The translations under genes were made by a program, and so were the position numbers. The notes under the pieces were generated by a model. The model did no database searches and had not been told where the DNA came from. It saw only the letters and a list, made by a program, of their open reading frames with translations. Shown here piece after piece: positions 23,849 through 36,700 of a DNA stretch of 64,000 nt; positions within the stretch are counted from its first letter, which is position 1, and the number at the start of each line of letters is the position of its first letter. The DNA is from Strigamia acuminata (taxonomy: Eukaryota), in contig OX442314.1 of assembly GCA_949358305.1 (NCBI GenBank), forward strand, positions 5,642,001-5,706,000, given 5' to 3'.

Positions 23849-24103
23849 GGGATGGAGCGGACTGCTACGTTTCTGCATTAGTACGGATGGGAAAGGAGTT
23901 AGAAACAAGAGTTTGCGAGGTAAGGATTACAGCCTGTGGAGATGCGGTAGAAGAGACATGGATAAGGAGGGTATATCAACACAAAAGTCCGTTATAATTG
24001 AAAACTAAGTGTTCATCTTTCTCGAGCATTTTGGTATAAGCTCAATATCTGTTACTATTGCCTGCATTTTTCTTATTTCAAACTAGCATGAAATAAATGA
24101 CTT

Positions 24104-24318
24104 AATAATCGTCGCGTATAGAGTTGCAATGGGGGAATAAAACATTACAGTAAACAGGAGAGAAGAGACAAGTCTAAACTCAGCTGTGGTCTGGCCCAAA
24201 ATACAGAAAATACAGCTGTATAATGCAAAAAATATGTCAAAATATGTCAAGATTAAGAATACGACGTAACGAAATTCAGCTCGTGATAAAAGTTGACGCC
24301 AACAAACCGAACTGCAAT
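24104..24318 (+). pseudogene. Degraded duplicate of the 5' part of DEG/ENaC exon 1
   Basis: Colinear with about 25468-25688 (ctcagctgtggtct..aatacagaaaatacagctgt, tgataaaag.tgacgccaacaaaccgaa.tgca) but with indels and stops. Confidence 0.75.
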
Positions 24319-24436
24319 GGGTGCATAACTTATTAACTTAGACTGAAGCACACCACTGAATGATGTTAGATTTGCGGGAGGGTTTAGCTCACTCTTGTAT
24401 CAATCGACTATGACTTTTCATTTGGTCCCTGTAAGT

Positions 24437-25253
24437 TGTGGTGACCCCGGGATAGTGCCACCCCTCCGCTGAGTAGGACGGTGAGGCACCCCGGGGTTCA
24501 CCCAGCTGCAGAGGCCATTACCCTTTCTTTGTGTGCAGTTTTGGCCTCTTCCCAGAAAAGGCAAGTGCCTATGGCGATAGAGCAACAGGTGGGGCGCCAC
24601 CATTGGCTGTCCTCACCCCAACCCAAATGTATAAAACCAAAGAGTTCCCGCCTCCGGTTAGAGCAGCACACCAAACACAACAAAAACAAAAACACTCACC
24701 ATCAGGCCTACTACATCCTAGTTAGGAGTGATTGAGGAATCTCTGTCCAGGTATAACTTGTAACTCTCCCCGACTTTACAAGCAGGCAATTCCCACGAAA
24801 GTGCAGGAATAGTCATTGTAGAGTTGTATTCAGCTAGCTAGGAAGCTATCTTCAACTGTCCCAATCCGAGTGCCTCGTGTTGTAAGAAGTAACGCTCTGC
24901 AGCACTTAATATTACCCCCCTAGATGACAGGCACGGATAGAAGACTCTGCGGAGCATTCCACAGCGTCTGAACGACGAATCCGAGAAGAACAACAGCGTA
25001 ACCGAGACGACACCATTGTTCCAGCGGCCACGGAAAACTCGAGGCGCCATCTTAAAAAATCCATTGTTCGACTTAGTCTCGAAGTGAACATTATAACTAA
25101 CAACTCATATTGCAAGGCCTAGCCCCCTTTTAATAAACCAGTTTATTCATTACATTTATCGTGTAATTATTTGAGTAGCAAAAACGATCACAGGTACTGT
25201 AAGTAAGAGAAACCATGTAGAAATATCTCTCAATACCAACAAAGGATGCGACA
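24437..25253 (+). mobile_element. Solo LTR related to the Gypsy-1 LTR (817 bp)
   Basis: TGTGGTGACCC...GGATGCGACA, TSD AAGT, internal blocks shared with 5373-6192. Confidence 0.9.
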
Positions 25254-25602
25254 AAGTCAAGTGACTTCTGGAATCGTCAACTTTGCCCAAGTAGACGAGA
25301 TTGTACTTTATAGGTCATTGGGTGTGGACCGTGACCGATAAACATTCTCAGATCAAAATTGACAGTAAAGCGAACAATATTGCCATAAATAATTAAACAC
25401 GATTAAAAATGCAATTATCTCCCAACGTCTAAATTATATAGTCAAGTTAGCAAGAAATAATTGAATCAATAATCGTCATGGAAAAAGTTACCATGGGAAA
25501 AAGACGTTATAGTAAACAGAAGCAAAGAGACAAGTTTGAACTCAGCTGTGGTCTAGCCCAGAATACAGAAAATACAGCTGTTAAAAGCAAAAAAAGTACT
25601 TG

Positions 25603-26061
25603 ATGGGAAGAAATATGCGAAGATTAAGAAAACTACGTACAAAAATTCAACTCCTGATAAAAGATGACGCCAACAAACCGAAATGCAGTTTAATTGGGCT
25701 GGATGATTTCGTAAACAGTAGAAAACATTGGAGCAGACGTCATACACTTTGGCTAATTTTGCTCCTATTTTGCACATGCATGCTCACTTATCAGACATAT
25801 GATCGAGTAATGCATTACTTAAGTTATCCAACAGCTGTTGATGTAAAGAGCAAATCGGAAGATATTGTGTTACCAAACTTAATGATCTGTAGTGGTAACA
25901 CAAAAGAAATGGCCAGACTTTGGAATAAAACTGATGACCATACAAGCCCTTATGAATGTTCAAACATGGTCAAACAACTGATGGCAATTCCAACTTACAA
26001 TATGGATGAACTTTGGAAAGCGACCAATTTGACCAAAGAGATAGTCAGCGTAAAAATGAAG
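25603..26061 (+). CDS. DEG/ENaC gene B first coding exon (N-terminus and TM1 of subunit 1)
   Basis: CSLIGL (HG-motif position), TLWLILLLFCTCMLTYQ..YLSYPT..LPNLMIC; donor aag|gtaaaa, phase 0. Confidence 0.88.
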
Positions 26062-26113
26062 GTAAAAAATATAAATAATCTTTTACATAAAAAGTCCTAA
26101 TTTAATTTTCCAG

Positions 26114-26186
26114 GGATTCTCAAACCAAACGGTTGTTCTTACGGAAACTGACACTGCATTTGGAATATGCTCAACATTTCAATTTC
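26114..26186 (+). CDS. DEG/ENaC gene B exon 2 (TAFGICSTF)
   Basis: ttttccag|...|gtaatt; TxxGxCxTF family motif; phase 0-1. Confidence 0.82.
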
Positions 26187-26268
26187 GTAATTATAAAGAA
26201 AAAATATACTGTACAGTATACATGATGTTTACTTGATCATACAAATATGATTTATTGGTCTACTGTAG

Positions 26269-26336
26269 CTGTAGCAACTAGCAAATCATTTAATCGGAAA
26301 TTATTGACAGCAAATATTGAAAAAACTGATGACTCC
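26269..26336 (+). CDS. DEG/ENaC gene B candidate exon 3
   Basis: ctgtag|...|gtatgc; phase 1-0, open; boundaries uncertain. Confidence 0.5.
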
Positions 26337-26563
26337 GTATGCCCTATAGCTCCGTACCTAGTAGGCTAATCTTACTAAATTATTTGTAATGTATCAGAAA
26401 ATGCAATTTTTCTTATTTACTGTATTTCTTCGATTACGAATCGTACTAGAATTATTCCAGGCAATTTTTCAAATGAATTTTAATTTTTTTAAACATATTT
26501 TAATGTAATAAACGTAGAAAGAACGTTGGAGGAGATTGCATTAGTGCTAAGTTCGTACATTTC

Positions 26564-26916
26564 TGACCGTTTGGCCACCCTAGTGGCCTACGTCACTCCA
26601 CACACCGCCAGGCAGCCCCAAGCCGTCCCCTTCTTGGAGGAGTGGACCGGCCTAGCAGGGGAAGTACAGAGCAGAGTGGTGTGGTGAGAGAGAGACGTTG
26701 CTGAGGGAGCCAAGAATGAAGATGTGCCAGGACCCTAACAATGGCAGAGACAACTGTCGACTCTGCTCCTCTCACCACTCACCACTGTGACGCTCAGTGG
26801 CAGGCTGAGATGACTGCTGCAGTGGCTACATGGGTCGTACGGGTAAGTACGGCAGTGTTCGTCCGAGGTGTCCGACCACGTCACCCATGGGGCTTGCGCC
26901 CTGTGTGTGACGGGTC
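26564..26916. repeat. Unclassified structured interspersed repeat, copy 2
   Basis: Colinear conserved blocks with 13424-13790. Confidence 0.65.
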
Positions 26917-26939
26917 TGTCACCGGTGCAGCGTGCCTAG

Positions 26940-27450
26940 TAGGCATGAGAACGAGACCAAATTTTCTGGTCCCGACCCGTCCAGAGTCCCAAAAATTTGA
27001 AATTTTCGGGTACCGACCCGTCCCGAATCCCGAAAATTTCCATTTTTCAGATACCAAACCCTTCCGAATCCCGATAATTTCAAATTTTTGGTCCCGACCA
27101 GTCCCGAATCCCAAAAATTTCAAATTTTTGGGTCCCGACCAGTCCCATGTTCCTAAATTTTTTTTTTTGTTTCTTTATGTTCTTGTATGTTTTTTTTTAT
27201 TTTATTTTTTTTGTTTTTTTTTATGTTTTTTTTAATGATTTTTAATGTTTTTTTATGTTTCTTTATGTTTATTTTTATTTTTATGAAAGTCAGCCAGTCC
27301 CATTCCGTCCCGTGTCTCAAATTTTCTGGTCCCGTCCCGTCCCGAATCCCGTAATGTTATAATTTTCTGGTCCCGATCCGTCCCGTATCCTGCTACGGGA
27401 CCGGGACCGGGACAGGGACTGGGACTATCCCGGTCCCGTTCTCATGCCTA
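26940..27450. mobile_element. Non-autonomous hAT-type element
   Basis: TIR TAGGCATGAGAACG(A/G)GACC, 8-bp TSD gtgcctag/gtgtctag, CCCGTCCCGA subterminal repeats. Confidence 0.85.
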
Positions 27451-27828
27451 GTGTCTAGCGGCACCGCACAGTGAGATAGGTGACCCAACCCCTAGATAAC
27501 GATTAAAGACCAAAACCCAACAATCTGAGTCCCTGTCTCGTTCTTACGTGAGATATGCGTCCCATCCCATGTGGTAAATCCCCAACTATGTGGGCAGGAC
27601 CATATCCAGTCACACATTATAGAAATGTACAAAAAAAATTGAACAAAAAAACATGGTTTTGAATAAAAGCCAAAGGTCTTATTCGAAGAAATATACGGTA
27701 TTTATTTTTTCGTATTTATTTATTTTTTCCCATTTATATTTTCTAATTTATTTGTTTTCTTATTTGTTTATGTTTTCTTATTCCGTTTATTTTTTCTTAA
27801 TTATTGTATTTTTTCAATTATCATCTAG

Positions 27829-27921
27829 TTCTACATGTCATTTTACGATTTTGGAAGAATTCTATACGTGACAACACAGAACCTTGGTGAAATATTAAAA
27901 ATAAATTTAGGGTTTGACAAA
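27829..27921 (+). CDS. DEG/ENaC gene B candidate exon 4
   Basis: catctag|FYMSFYDFG..LKINLGFDK|gtaaat; phase 0-0. Confidence 0.55.
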
Positions 27922-27986
27922 GTAAATTTTAAATTTTAAATTAAATTTATAAAGTAATATCTTATTTATTACTTATTATATTTTAG

Positions 27987-28093
27987 TTCATCTTTCTTAA
28001 TTCACTTATGAGTTCATGCTCCAGTGAAAACGAATACAAAAAATGCTATCATGGATGCTTAATGAAAAAATTTAAAAAACACCTGACTTGCAG
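27987..28093 (+). CDS. DEG/ENaC gene B exon 5 (subunit 1 thumb cysteines)
   Basis: ttttag|FIFLNSLMSSCSSENEYKKCYHGCLMKKFKKHLTC(S)|gtaaga; phase 0-2, joins in frame to 60754. Confidence 0.8.
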
Positions 28094-28718
28094 GTAAGAA
28101 TGATGAATTGATGATATACAGTGGTGGAAAAAAGTTTGAGACCACGACAGGTTTTTTGGTTGCAAATCACATTTTGACTTGAAAATTTATTTACTGGTTT
28201 ATATCATGACAATTAAGCATTGTTTAAAATTTTAAGACAGTAATTCAAATCAAATTTAAAAAATAAAAAAATTGGGTTTGTGCCGGTTCAAAAGTAGTAT
28301 TACTAGATATCACGGGGGAATTATGAAGGTTTGCCGGGAAATCCGCATTCGTCAATGCTCCGAATCGCCACTAGATGGCGCGATCGCAATTTAGCGGTAA
28401 ATTCGAATTACGAATAAGAAAATGTGTAAATAAATATAAAACTATATTTATTCGAGGATGCAAAGATCAGATAACATTAATATAAATATACTGTATATTA
28501 ATGTTTATTATTGTTGAAATACAATTAATCTCCATTTCGGTAGAAAAGGAGATTTAGCGAATCAATCAATCAATTGATCGATCTGATTGGTGGAACCCAT
28601 TTCCGGTCCTGGGTATCCAGTTCCGGTGTTGATGAGGATTAGCATAATCCGAATTATGCTCCTCTGTATCCACTTCCGGTAATACAGGATTGGTGGAAGT
28701 TAATCTGGACAGGGTATA

Positions 28719-29460
28719 CAGGGTGTCCCAAAAGTCTGAACCACTCTAAATATTTCGTGAGCAATTGCATCTAGGCCAACTTTGATGAAACGATCTTATA
28801 TGAAGTTTGGTGAGAGCAATCCAATGATGTCATCAAATTTGACCTTGAAGGCCATTTTCAAGGTCATTCAGTTGCTAACTTCTAAACCAATCAGGTTAGA
28901 GCAATATTTCCAATTAGACAGTTGTAGAGCATAACCTAATTAGTCTAGAACTGTTCTTAAAAAAGTTATCTCGTACTGAAAAGTTTTGAGAAAAAAGGTT
29001 TGAAATGTTAGTCAACTCAACTTTGTAACTCAACTTTGTAACCTAAAACTTTGAGGCAACTAAGCTAATCCTCAATTAGGACACTTTATTGGGTCATACT
29101 TGTAAGTAGAAGAGAGGAAACACAAAAGAAAGGAAATAATTTATTTTGGAAATACTTTCCACATGATAGTTTTAGGTTACAAAGCTGAGTAGACTAACAT
29201 TTCAAACCTTTTTTTCCCAAAACTTTTCAGTAAAAGATAACTTTTTTAAGAACAGTTCTAGACTAATTAGGCCATGCTCTACAACTTTCTAATTGGAAAG
29301 TTTGCTCTAACCTGATTGGTTTAGAAGTTAGCAAGTGAATGACCTTGAAATGGATTGGATTGCTCTCACCCAACTTCCTATATGATCGCTTTATCAAAGT
29401 TAGCCTAGATGCAAATGCTCACGAAATATTCAGGGTGGTTCAAACTTTTGGGACACCCTG
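28719..29460. mobile_element. Foldback MITE (Tc1/mariner type)
   Basis: TA|CAGGGTGTCCCAAAAGT...ACTTTTGGGACACCCTG|TA; arms inverted over about 300 bp. Confidence 0.88.
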
Positions 29461-30290
29461 TATATATCCAAAAAACTGACCATTCTCTCTCTCTGGCATG
29501 ATTTGGTTTTTTGGTATTTGGTGATGATGGTAAGGTGTTTTATGTATTTTCTTTTGGTTCAATTTTTTGGTTTCTTGTTGATTTGTTTACAAGAAATCGT
29601 TGCATGATTCTACAGAATCATGCAGTCGACCAATTGAAGGTGCAGGGCTGGATTCTAATGTTTCAGTTGGACGGTCTCGCCGAGGAGAACCTGCCTTCTG
29701 TGCAATTCAGTATTCTCCAGGCAGGACAGAGTGGTCATTTTCGGTATGAAAGCATCCTATTACCGCCGGTAACACTGAAGATTATGAGGATTGGTTCCAT
29801 CACCTGATGGTGCCAAAATAGTCCGCAAGCAGTAACCATGAGTAGCACCAAGTGTTTGGTCAGCTGATTCTCATGATACTTTGGTGTCAAAGCAGTCAGT
29901 TTGTTACTAGTGCCGCGAAGGGCTAAACTGCTGTGCAGAGCCGTGAGCTATCGACTCCTGGGTATGTGGTACTGCCAATCACTAGATGAACGACCGTGCT
30001 GCTATGCAGGGGACGCTTGATACCGTTCTGCATGGTAAGGCGATTCTATCGACAGCAACTGTGTGATTGCGACGGGAAGCCTAACCAGTATTACCTTTTA
30101 CCAGCAAGCATTATTAACTTGAAAACAAGTTAAACAATTAAGCCAGAAGACTTAATTACGATACATTGAACTCAATGTTCGATTACAAACCGAGCGGAAA
30201 AGACAATAAATTGGCGACAATTTATTAGCGAGACTTCTAGAGAAATCACAACGCTTTATGAATTAAATATAATTCATAATTGAAATACTA

Positions 30291-32285
30291 GGTGCATTCA
30301 AAGTCAAATGAATTATTTGACTGAAATGACTGATTTGACTGATTTGACTGATTTGACTTAACAGTCACAGGAAATGATGCAATTTACATCATCAGATGAT
30401 AATCAAAATTTGAAAAATCATAATCTGCTTATTTTTATGATTTTTTACAAGCTTTTCAAGACTTTTCACCCAGTTTTTGACGATTTTTGACGATTTTTAC
30501 ACAGTTTTTGACGATTTTTACCGAGGCTTTCACGATTTTTACCCAGTTTGTCACAATTTTTACCCTTTTCACCCAGTTTTTCATGATTTTTCACAATTTT
30601 TACCCTGTTTTTCACATTACATAATTTTTACCCAGTTTTTCATGATTTTACACGATTTTTACCCGGTTTTTCATTATTTTACACGATTTTTACTTGGTTT
30701 TTCATTATTTTACACAATTTTTACCCAGTTTTTCACGATTTTACACGATATTTACCGAGTTTTTCACAATTTTTATCTTGTTTTTCACAATTTTTTACGA
30801 TTTTCACCCAGTTTTTCATGATTTTTCCCTAGTTTTTAATGATTTATTTTATCCATTTTTACATATATAAAAAATATGTTTTAAAATCTGTTAAAAAGCA
30901 TGCATTTTTTTAAAAAAATATTTACTAAATAGCACTCATGTATTTTTTGATATTTACAGAAAAACATTCATTTATTTAAAAAATATTAATTTAATATGTT
31001 CACAAAAAAATTAACTTACTTTAATATATTCACAAAAAAAACATATTTTATTTAATTAATTTAATTTAATTTAATTTAATCCAATATATTTACTAAAAAG
31101 TTAACTCTTTATAAAAATAAAAATATTAATGTTGAAAAAGTACTATTTTCACTAAAAAAAAATCCACTGCCCAGTGGAAATGCTCAAAACATAAATTACA
31201 TGCAAACGAGGTTCAATGTTTGCAGGTTAGTAGCGCTTTTATAATTAGGTTAGTAAAATGCTAACACAACACTAAGCTAGTTTACAATAATATTCAATGA
31301 ATAAATTCAAAAAAAAATTCAAAAAAAAATTTAAAAATTCAAATAAATCAAGAAAATCTTCAAAAATGATGTTTTCAAGAAGTTGAAAGGTTTGTGAAGT
31401 CATCTGGTGCACTTCACATGCTTTTCCTTGAAAATCTGGTCCAAAATATCCATTATTCTACTGGTTGAAATATCCGAAACAATCCACACACTTCACGTGT
31501 ATTTTTCTGGTCAAAATGTCCGAAATTCACAATTTTCGCTGGTCTATGGTGTCCAAATCGATTCCCACACTTCACGTGTGTTTTCCTCTTGAAATTTGGG
31601 TCCAGAAAACGTCCAAAACATGCAAAACGTTCAAAAATGCCTCGCACGAGTCCAAATGGTACAAACCGTCGTCTGTGCTGCACGGCACGTCCTTCGCGAA
31701 CGTTTCGGCGACGTTCCTCGTTGTCCGCGAACGTCCGTGCGACGTTCCTCGTCGATTAGCGGTCGACGCCGCGAACGTGTCGGAAATGTGCGGCCCTGGC
31801 AATCGTACGATCGGCGTGCGCTCGAAAACATAAATTTGTGTTTAAAAATGTCAGCAATTACTAACCTTGCTTTTGCCTAAGTATGGCTGTTCAGCTAGGT
31901 AATGAGCACTGCTCATTTCTTGAGTCCTTGACCAGTTTCTTGCTGGATTCCTCTTTTCATGATAGACTGACTGGGGGCATCCATCTTGAATGACTTATTC
32001 CAGTGGCCAAATAATTCATGTGCTCAGCCATGATTGGAGGAATTTTTCCATCAGCCACTTATTGATAAGTCATGATTGGAGTGACTTATCAATAGGCCAC
32101 TTATTGCAATTGAATTATCTTTTCAGTGATGTAAATTACATCATTTCCTGTGGCTGGTAAGATATTTCAGCCACATCAGCCAAATAATTGCTCACTTTGT
32201 ATGGAGTTTAACCAAATGACTTACATGAATTATTGATAATTCAGATTATGATAAGTCAAATTTGGATTTTAACTTTGAATGCACC
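30291..32285. mobile_element. Non-autonomous TIR element, same termini family as 7416-13077
   Basis: TA|GGTGCATTCAAAGT ... ACTTTGAATGCACC|TA. Confidence 0.7.
30430..30855. repeat. Degenerate T-rich tandem repeat (TTTTCACGATTTTTACCCAG-like)
   Basis: Recurring 10/20-bp periodicity. Confidence 0.75.
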
Positions 32286-33793
32286 TAGTGATAAGTAAAT
32301 GAATACATTTACTTACACCAATATCCTCCCAAAGTTGTGGCGGTGCACGAAAGTCAACCGCATCTCTCCGATCATTCGATTCATCGACGTGCGATGATTT
32401 ACACAAGCGAACCAGTACAATATAATATGACTTTTATACGGTTAATTTTTATTTTTACAAACAAAATTAAGTAATAATATCACTATAAAAGTATCACAAT
32501 AATAATATCACAGATAAAAATCACTAAACTACCATAAAAAAATCAGTAATTTTTTGGCTTCTTTTTTCTTTGATTGCATTATTAATGATAAAATATTCTT
32601 AATTTATCATGGTTAAATTGATGTCATCTGGAGTATTGTCCAAAGTATTGAGACGATGTTTAACAGCTTTTACATGTTACATAACTTGAGAAAGAGTTAA
32701 TGGAGATGGACTATCTTTAAGATCAACTTGTTCATCATCTTCCTCTTCCTCATCTCCTTCTTTAGTTTGAAGAGCTTGATGACAAATTTTGTCATCAGTA
32801 AGTGATAATCTGCATTCCAAATTTTCGTCCAATTCCACATAATAGGATAAGATTTGAGAAATGCTTACACTTATTTGAAGTAGCCATCTTGTTTCTACAG
32901 GAAATGGGTCTTATAACGAGGGAAAAACCCACTTCCGGTATAAAAAATGTTCCTTATAGTGAGGGAATTCGTAATAACGAAATTCGTTATAAACGAATTT
33001 TTTAACATGGCATGGTAAAGGAAACCAGCCATTTATTTTTCAAAATTTGTTATGAACCTATTTGTCATTGAATTAACTAAATATTTTAGTTTATTTGGTG
33101 TTGTCCTTAGTATGGGTAGGTGCTTTATTTGGTGAAATTCAAACATTGGAACATTAATTTCATCTCTAAATGGAAGAAGAGTAGTGTAGATTCCAATCGC
33201 TTTTAGTTGGTCTTTCTAAAGTCTCTGGCTTCTTTGTAATTTAAGTGTATGTTTTTGAAATAAATCTGCAGCTTGCTTCCACCATGAATTTTGTACACTC
33301 ACTGGGGTTGGAATTTATTGTCTTTAAAAAGATATATACAAAACGCTCCTATTGGAGCACCACTAATCCGATAATTGGCTTCAGCTGCATTCCTAGAAGG
33401 AGAGCTGAAGCCAGGTCATGTGACAATAATCTAACCCTCTTTAAATAAAAGGTTAATGACACCAAAATGTGAAAGATAAACATGTTAAAATTGAATACAA
33501 AATATTAAATTGAGTTTCACAGAATAATGAATGATAGAACATTAAAAGGAATATATCCAAATCAGAATATATAAATCAAATAAAATGACATTAAAATACT
33601 AGAACAATTGAATAAAAAATGAACAAACACCAATGTAAAATTATCAAGTTAGGAAATATAAATGAAATGAATGACACTGAAATATTACATCAAAGGAAGT
33701 AAAAATACACAAATATTAAATGTAGGATAAAAATGCAAAATAACAAATAAAATCAACACATTAAAGAGAATGTGAACAGTAAAACGCCAGTTT

Positions 33794-36700
33794 TCACACT
33801 CCCCCCGCGCCGATCTCACTTTGAACTTCCAAATGGACCAAACGCTGAATCGGACGCCTCAACTTAGCCCCACCCGAAGTAACAAGCTCGCATGATCGGA
33901 CTTTGCCATCTCTTCCAACGCGCACTTCAGTGATACGGCCCATCTTCCACTGGAGCCGGGGTCGGCCTTGTTCTTCAACCAACACGACGTCGCCTGCTTT
34001 TAATTCGAGGAGTCCCGACTTTCCAGACTGTGTCTTCAAATCTGTTAGGTATTCTTTTTGCCAACGATTCCAAAAAGAAAGCAGGGTTCTTTGACGATGA
34101 CGCCATGGTCGGATAAAGGCCTCTTGTGTCGGCTCGATTTGGTTGATGTAACTAGGGTCCGGCAAGAATGTAACTCTTTCTCCCGTCAAGAAGTGGGCAG
34201 GAGTTAGGCTCTCAGGTTCATCGGGCTTCTCATAAACGTAGGTTAGCGGACGATGATTCAACACAGCTTCCACTTGGGTGAGGAGAGTGTTCAATTGAAA
34301 AAAGTTTAATGATGCAGTCCCAATAATTTTCTTCAAGCAGGATTTGACTGTCTTCACCATCCTTTCCCAAAATCCCCCCCACCACGGGCTATGTTCAACT
34401 ATAAACTTCCAATTGATCCCCTTGTTGCATAGATAATTCTTGAACGACTCATCCTTGGTATTGTTCAATAATGCAGCCAATTCTTTGTTGGTACGGCGAA
34501 AAGTTGTCCCGTTGTCGCTATATAATGTCTTTGGTAATCCACGGCGACTCACAAATCGTTCGAACGCGTCGACAAAATCAGGCGTGTTGAGCGAGGGCAC
34601 CAATTCGAGATGCACCGCTCGGATGTTAGCACAAGTAAACAGTGCGATGTATGCCTTTGTTTTGCGTCCTCTTATGTACAGGGGTCCCGCGAAGTCGACT
34701 CCTGTGACCGCAAATGGCTCGCAACGGGTGATTCTGTCAAATGGCAGCAATCCGGGTGATTCTTGCATCAATTTTCCCTGCACCTTCTTGCACGTGACAC
34801 ATCGACTTAATGTTGACTTCAAGGTTCTCCTTGCGGCTGGTGTCCAGTATGATTCTCTAAATTGGGCGAGCGTTGCTGTCAAGCCGCAGTGGAGAACCTG
34901 GGAATGAGAATGCGAAAATATTAGTTTGGTCAATTCGCATTTTTGTGGTAACACGATAGGTTGTGTTGCTGTTTGTTCATCTTTGGAGGTTTGTAGTCTG
35001 GTCCTCAGTCTCATTACTCCATTTGCATCGATGAACGGGTTGAGCAGCTTTAATTTGGATGCTGCCATCAATGGTTTCCCCTCGGTCAGTTGCTTCATTT
35101 CTGCGGCGTAGTGTTGCCGTTGTGAAGCGATGATCAATTTTTGCTTTGCCGTCACGAGTTCTTCTGCATTCAAAACCCCTTGTTGACGGTGTCCGCTATC
35201 GGCTTTTTGTTTTGAGTTGTGTGCAAAACGATAGCACCAGGCCCACACTCGACATGTGCGTAAATATGACCTGGAAATTGGAAATGCAAAATTTTGATTA
35301 TTTTGTTGAACTGCATTCGCATGGGTTTCTCCGCTTGGCTCTTCCTGATCGTCAGCTTCACTGTCTAATTCGTCTGGGTCTATGGGTAATTCTATCTTAT
35401 TATTTGGCCAGTTCTCTTGTTCTTCACTTAGCCATTTTGGCCCTTTCCACCACAGTTCGTCATTTGTCAGCTCCGCTGCATCAATGCCTCTTGTCAGTCG
35501 GTCGGCTGGATTTTCCGGGCCCGCGACGTGTTTCCATGCCTTTACATGCGATTTTTCTCTGATTTTGATCGCTCGATTGTTTATAAACGTTGGTGGTCGC
35601 TTGGATGTGTTTGTTATCCAATGCAAGCAGATCTGACTGTCGGTCCAGTAATGGTATCGGTTGCAGTCCATCACCTCTATTAATTGGTCTCTGAGACGTA
35701 CTGCAAGAAGGGCGCCCATTAGTTCTAGCTTGGGCAGCGTCAATGGTTTTACTGGAGCCACTCTAGATTTAGAAAATAAAAAACTTATTATTATTAAATT
35801 TTCTTCCTTTCTGCGCATATAAGCCACAGCGCCATAAGCTCTCGGGCTGGCGTCGCAGAATATGTGAATTTCGTTTTCTTGATGTGGCTTAAATCCAATC
35901 CATCTTGACAGTTGGACTTCTCTCAAATTGGGGATTTGTTTCGCCCATTTTTCCCAAGTTTCTTGCATTTCTTCATTTAATTTTTCGTCCCACTTCAATT
36001 TTCTTAGCCATAAAGTTTGAAAAAAAATCTTTGCCGTGATGGTGAAGGGACTCGCAAAACCCAATGGGTCAAAAATCTGTGCTGTTATGCATATGACTCT
36101 TCGTTTGGTGATTTGTTTGGTTCCAACGTCTTCTGCAATTTCTATAGCCAGGCCTATCTGGTCTGAGCTTGGACTCCATCGCAATCCTAAAACCTTGGTT
36201 TCCTCGTCGTTCATCAAGTCGCGGTCGGATGGGACTTCTCGTCGCATTATTGCTCGCAATTTGGTCGAATTTGTCTGCCATTTCACGAACTCCATTCCCG
36301 CTGCGGCCATGATGACGCGCGCCTGTCGAAAAATTTCTTCTGCCCTTTTCTCGCTGTCCAGGGAAGATATCAAATCGTCCATATAAAGAAATCGATTTAT
36401 GAATTCGACGGCTAGTGGAAATTCGTCTTTAAATTTCTTCAAATGGTGCTTTATGGTCGCACTCAGCAGGAATGGGCTGGGGGCGGCTCCGAACAGCACT
36501 CGAGTTTGGCGTAAAATCTTGATTATTGCTCGTCCAATTCCGTCCCACAGCTCATCGACCCAAAAAAAACGTGTTGCATCGCGATCCCTCATGGCAATCT
36601 CTATCTGATGAAATGCTTTCTTGATATCGGCTATTAATGCAAACTCATGAATTCGAAACTTCAGCAAAACAAAAATCAAAGATGGGAGTAGATTGGCTCC

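Noticed and set aside
29480..30110. Possible LINE or host-gene fragment (similar doubt for 63650-64000)
   Set aside because: No recognisable motif or sustained reading frame
30477..30821. F/H/D-rich 114-aa ORF
   Set aside because: Translation of a low-complexity T-rich repeat
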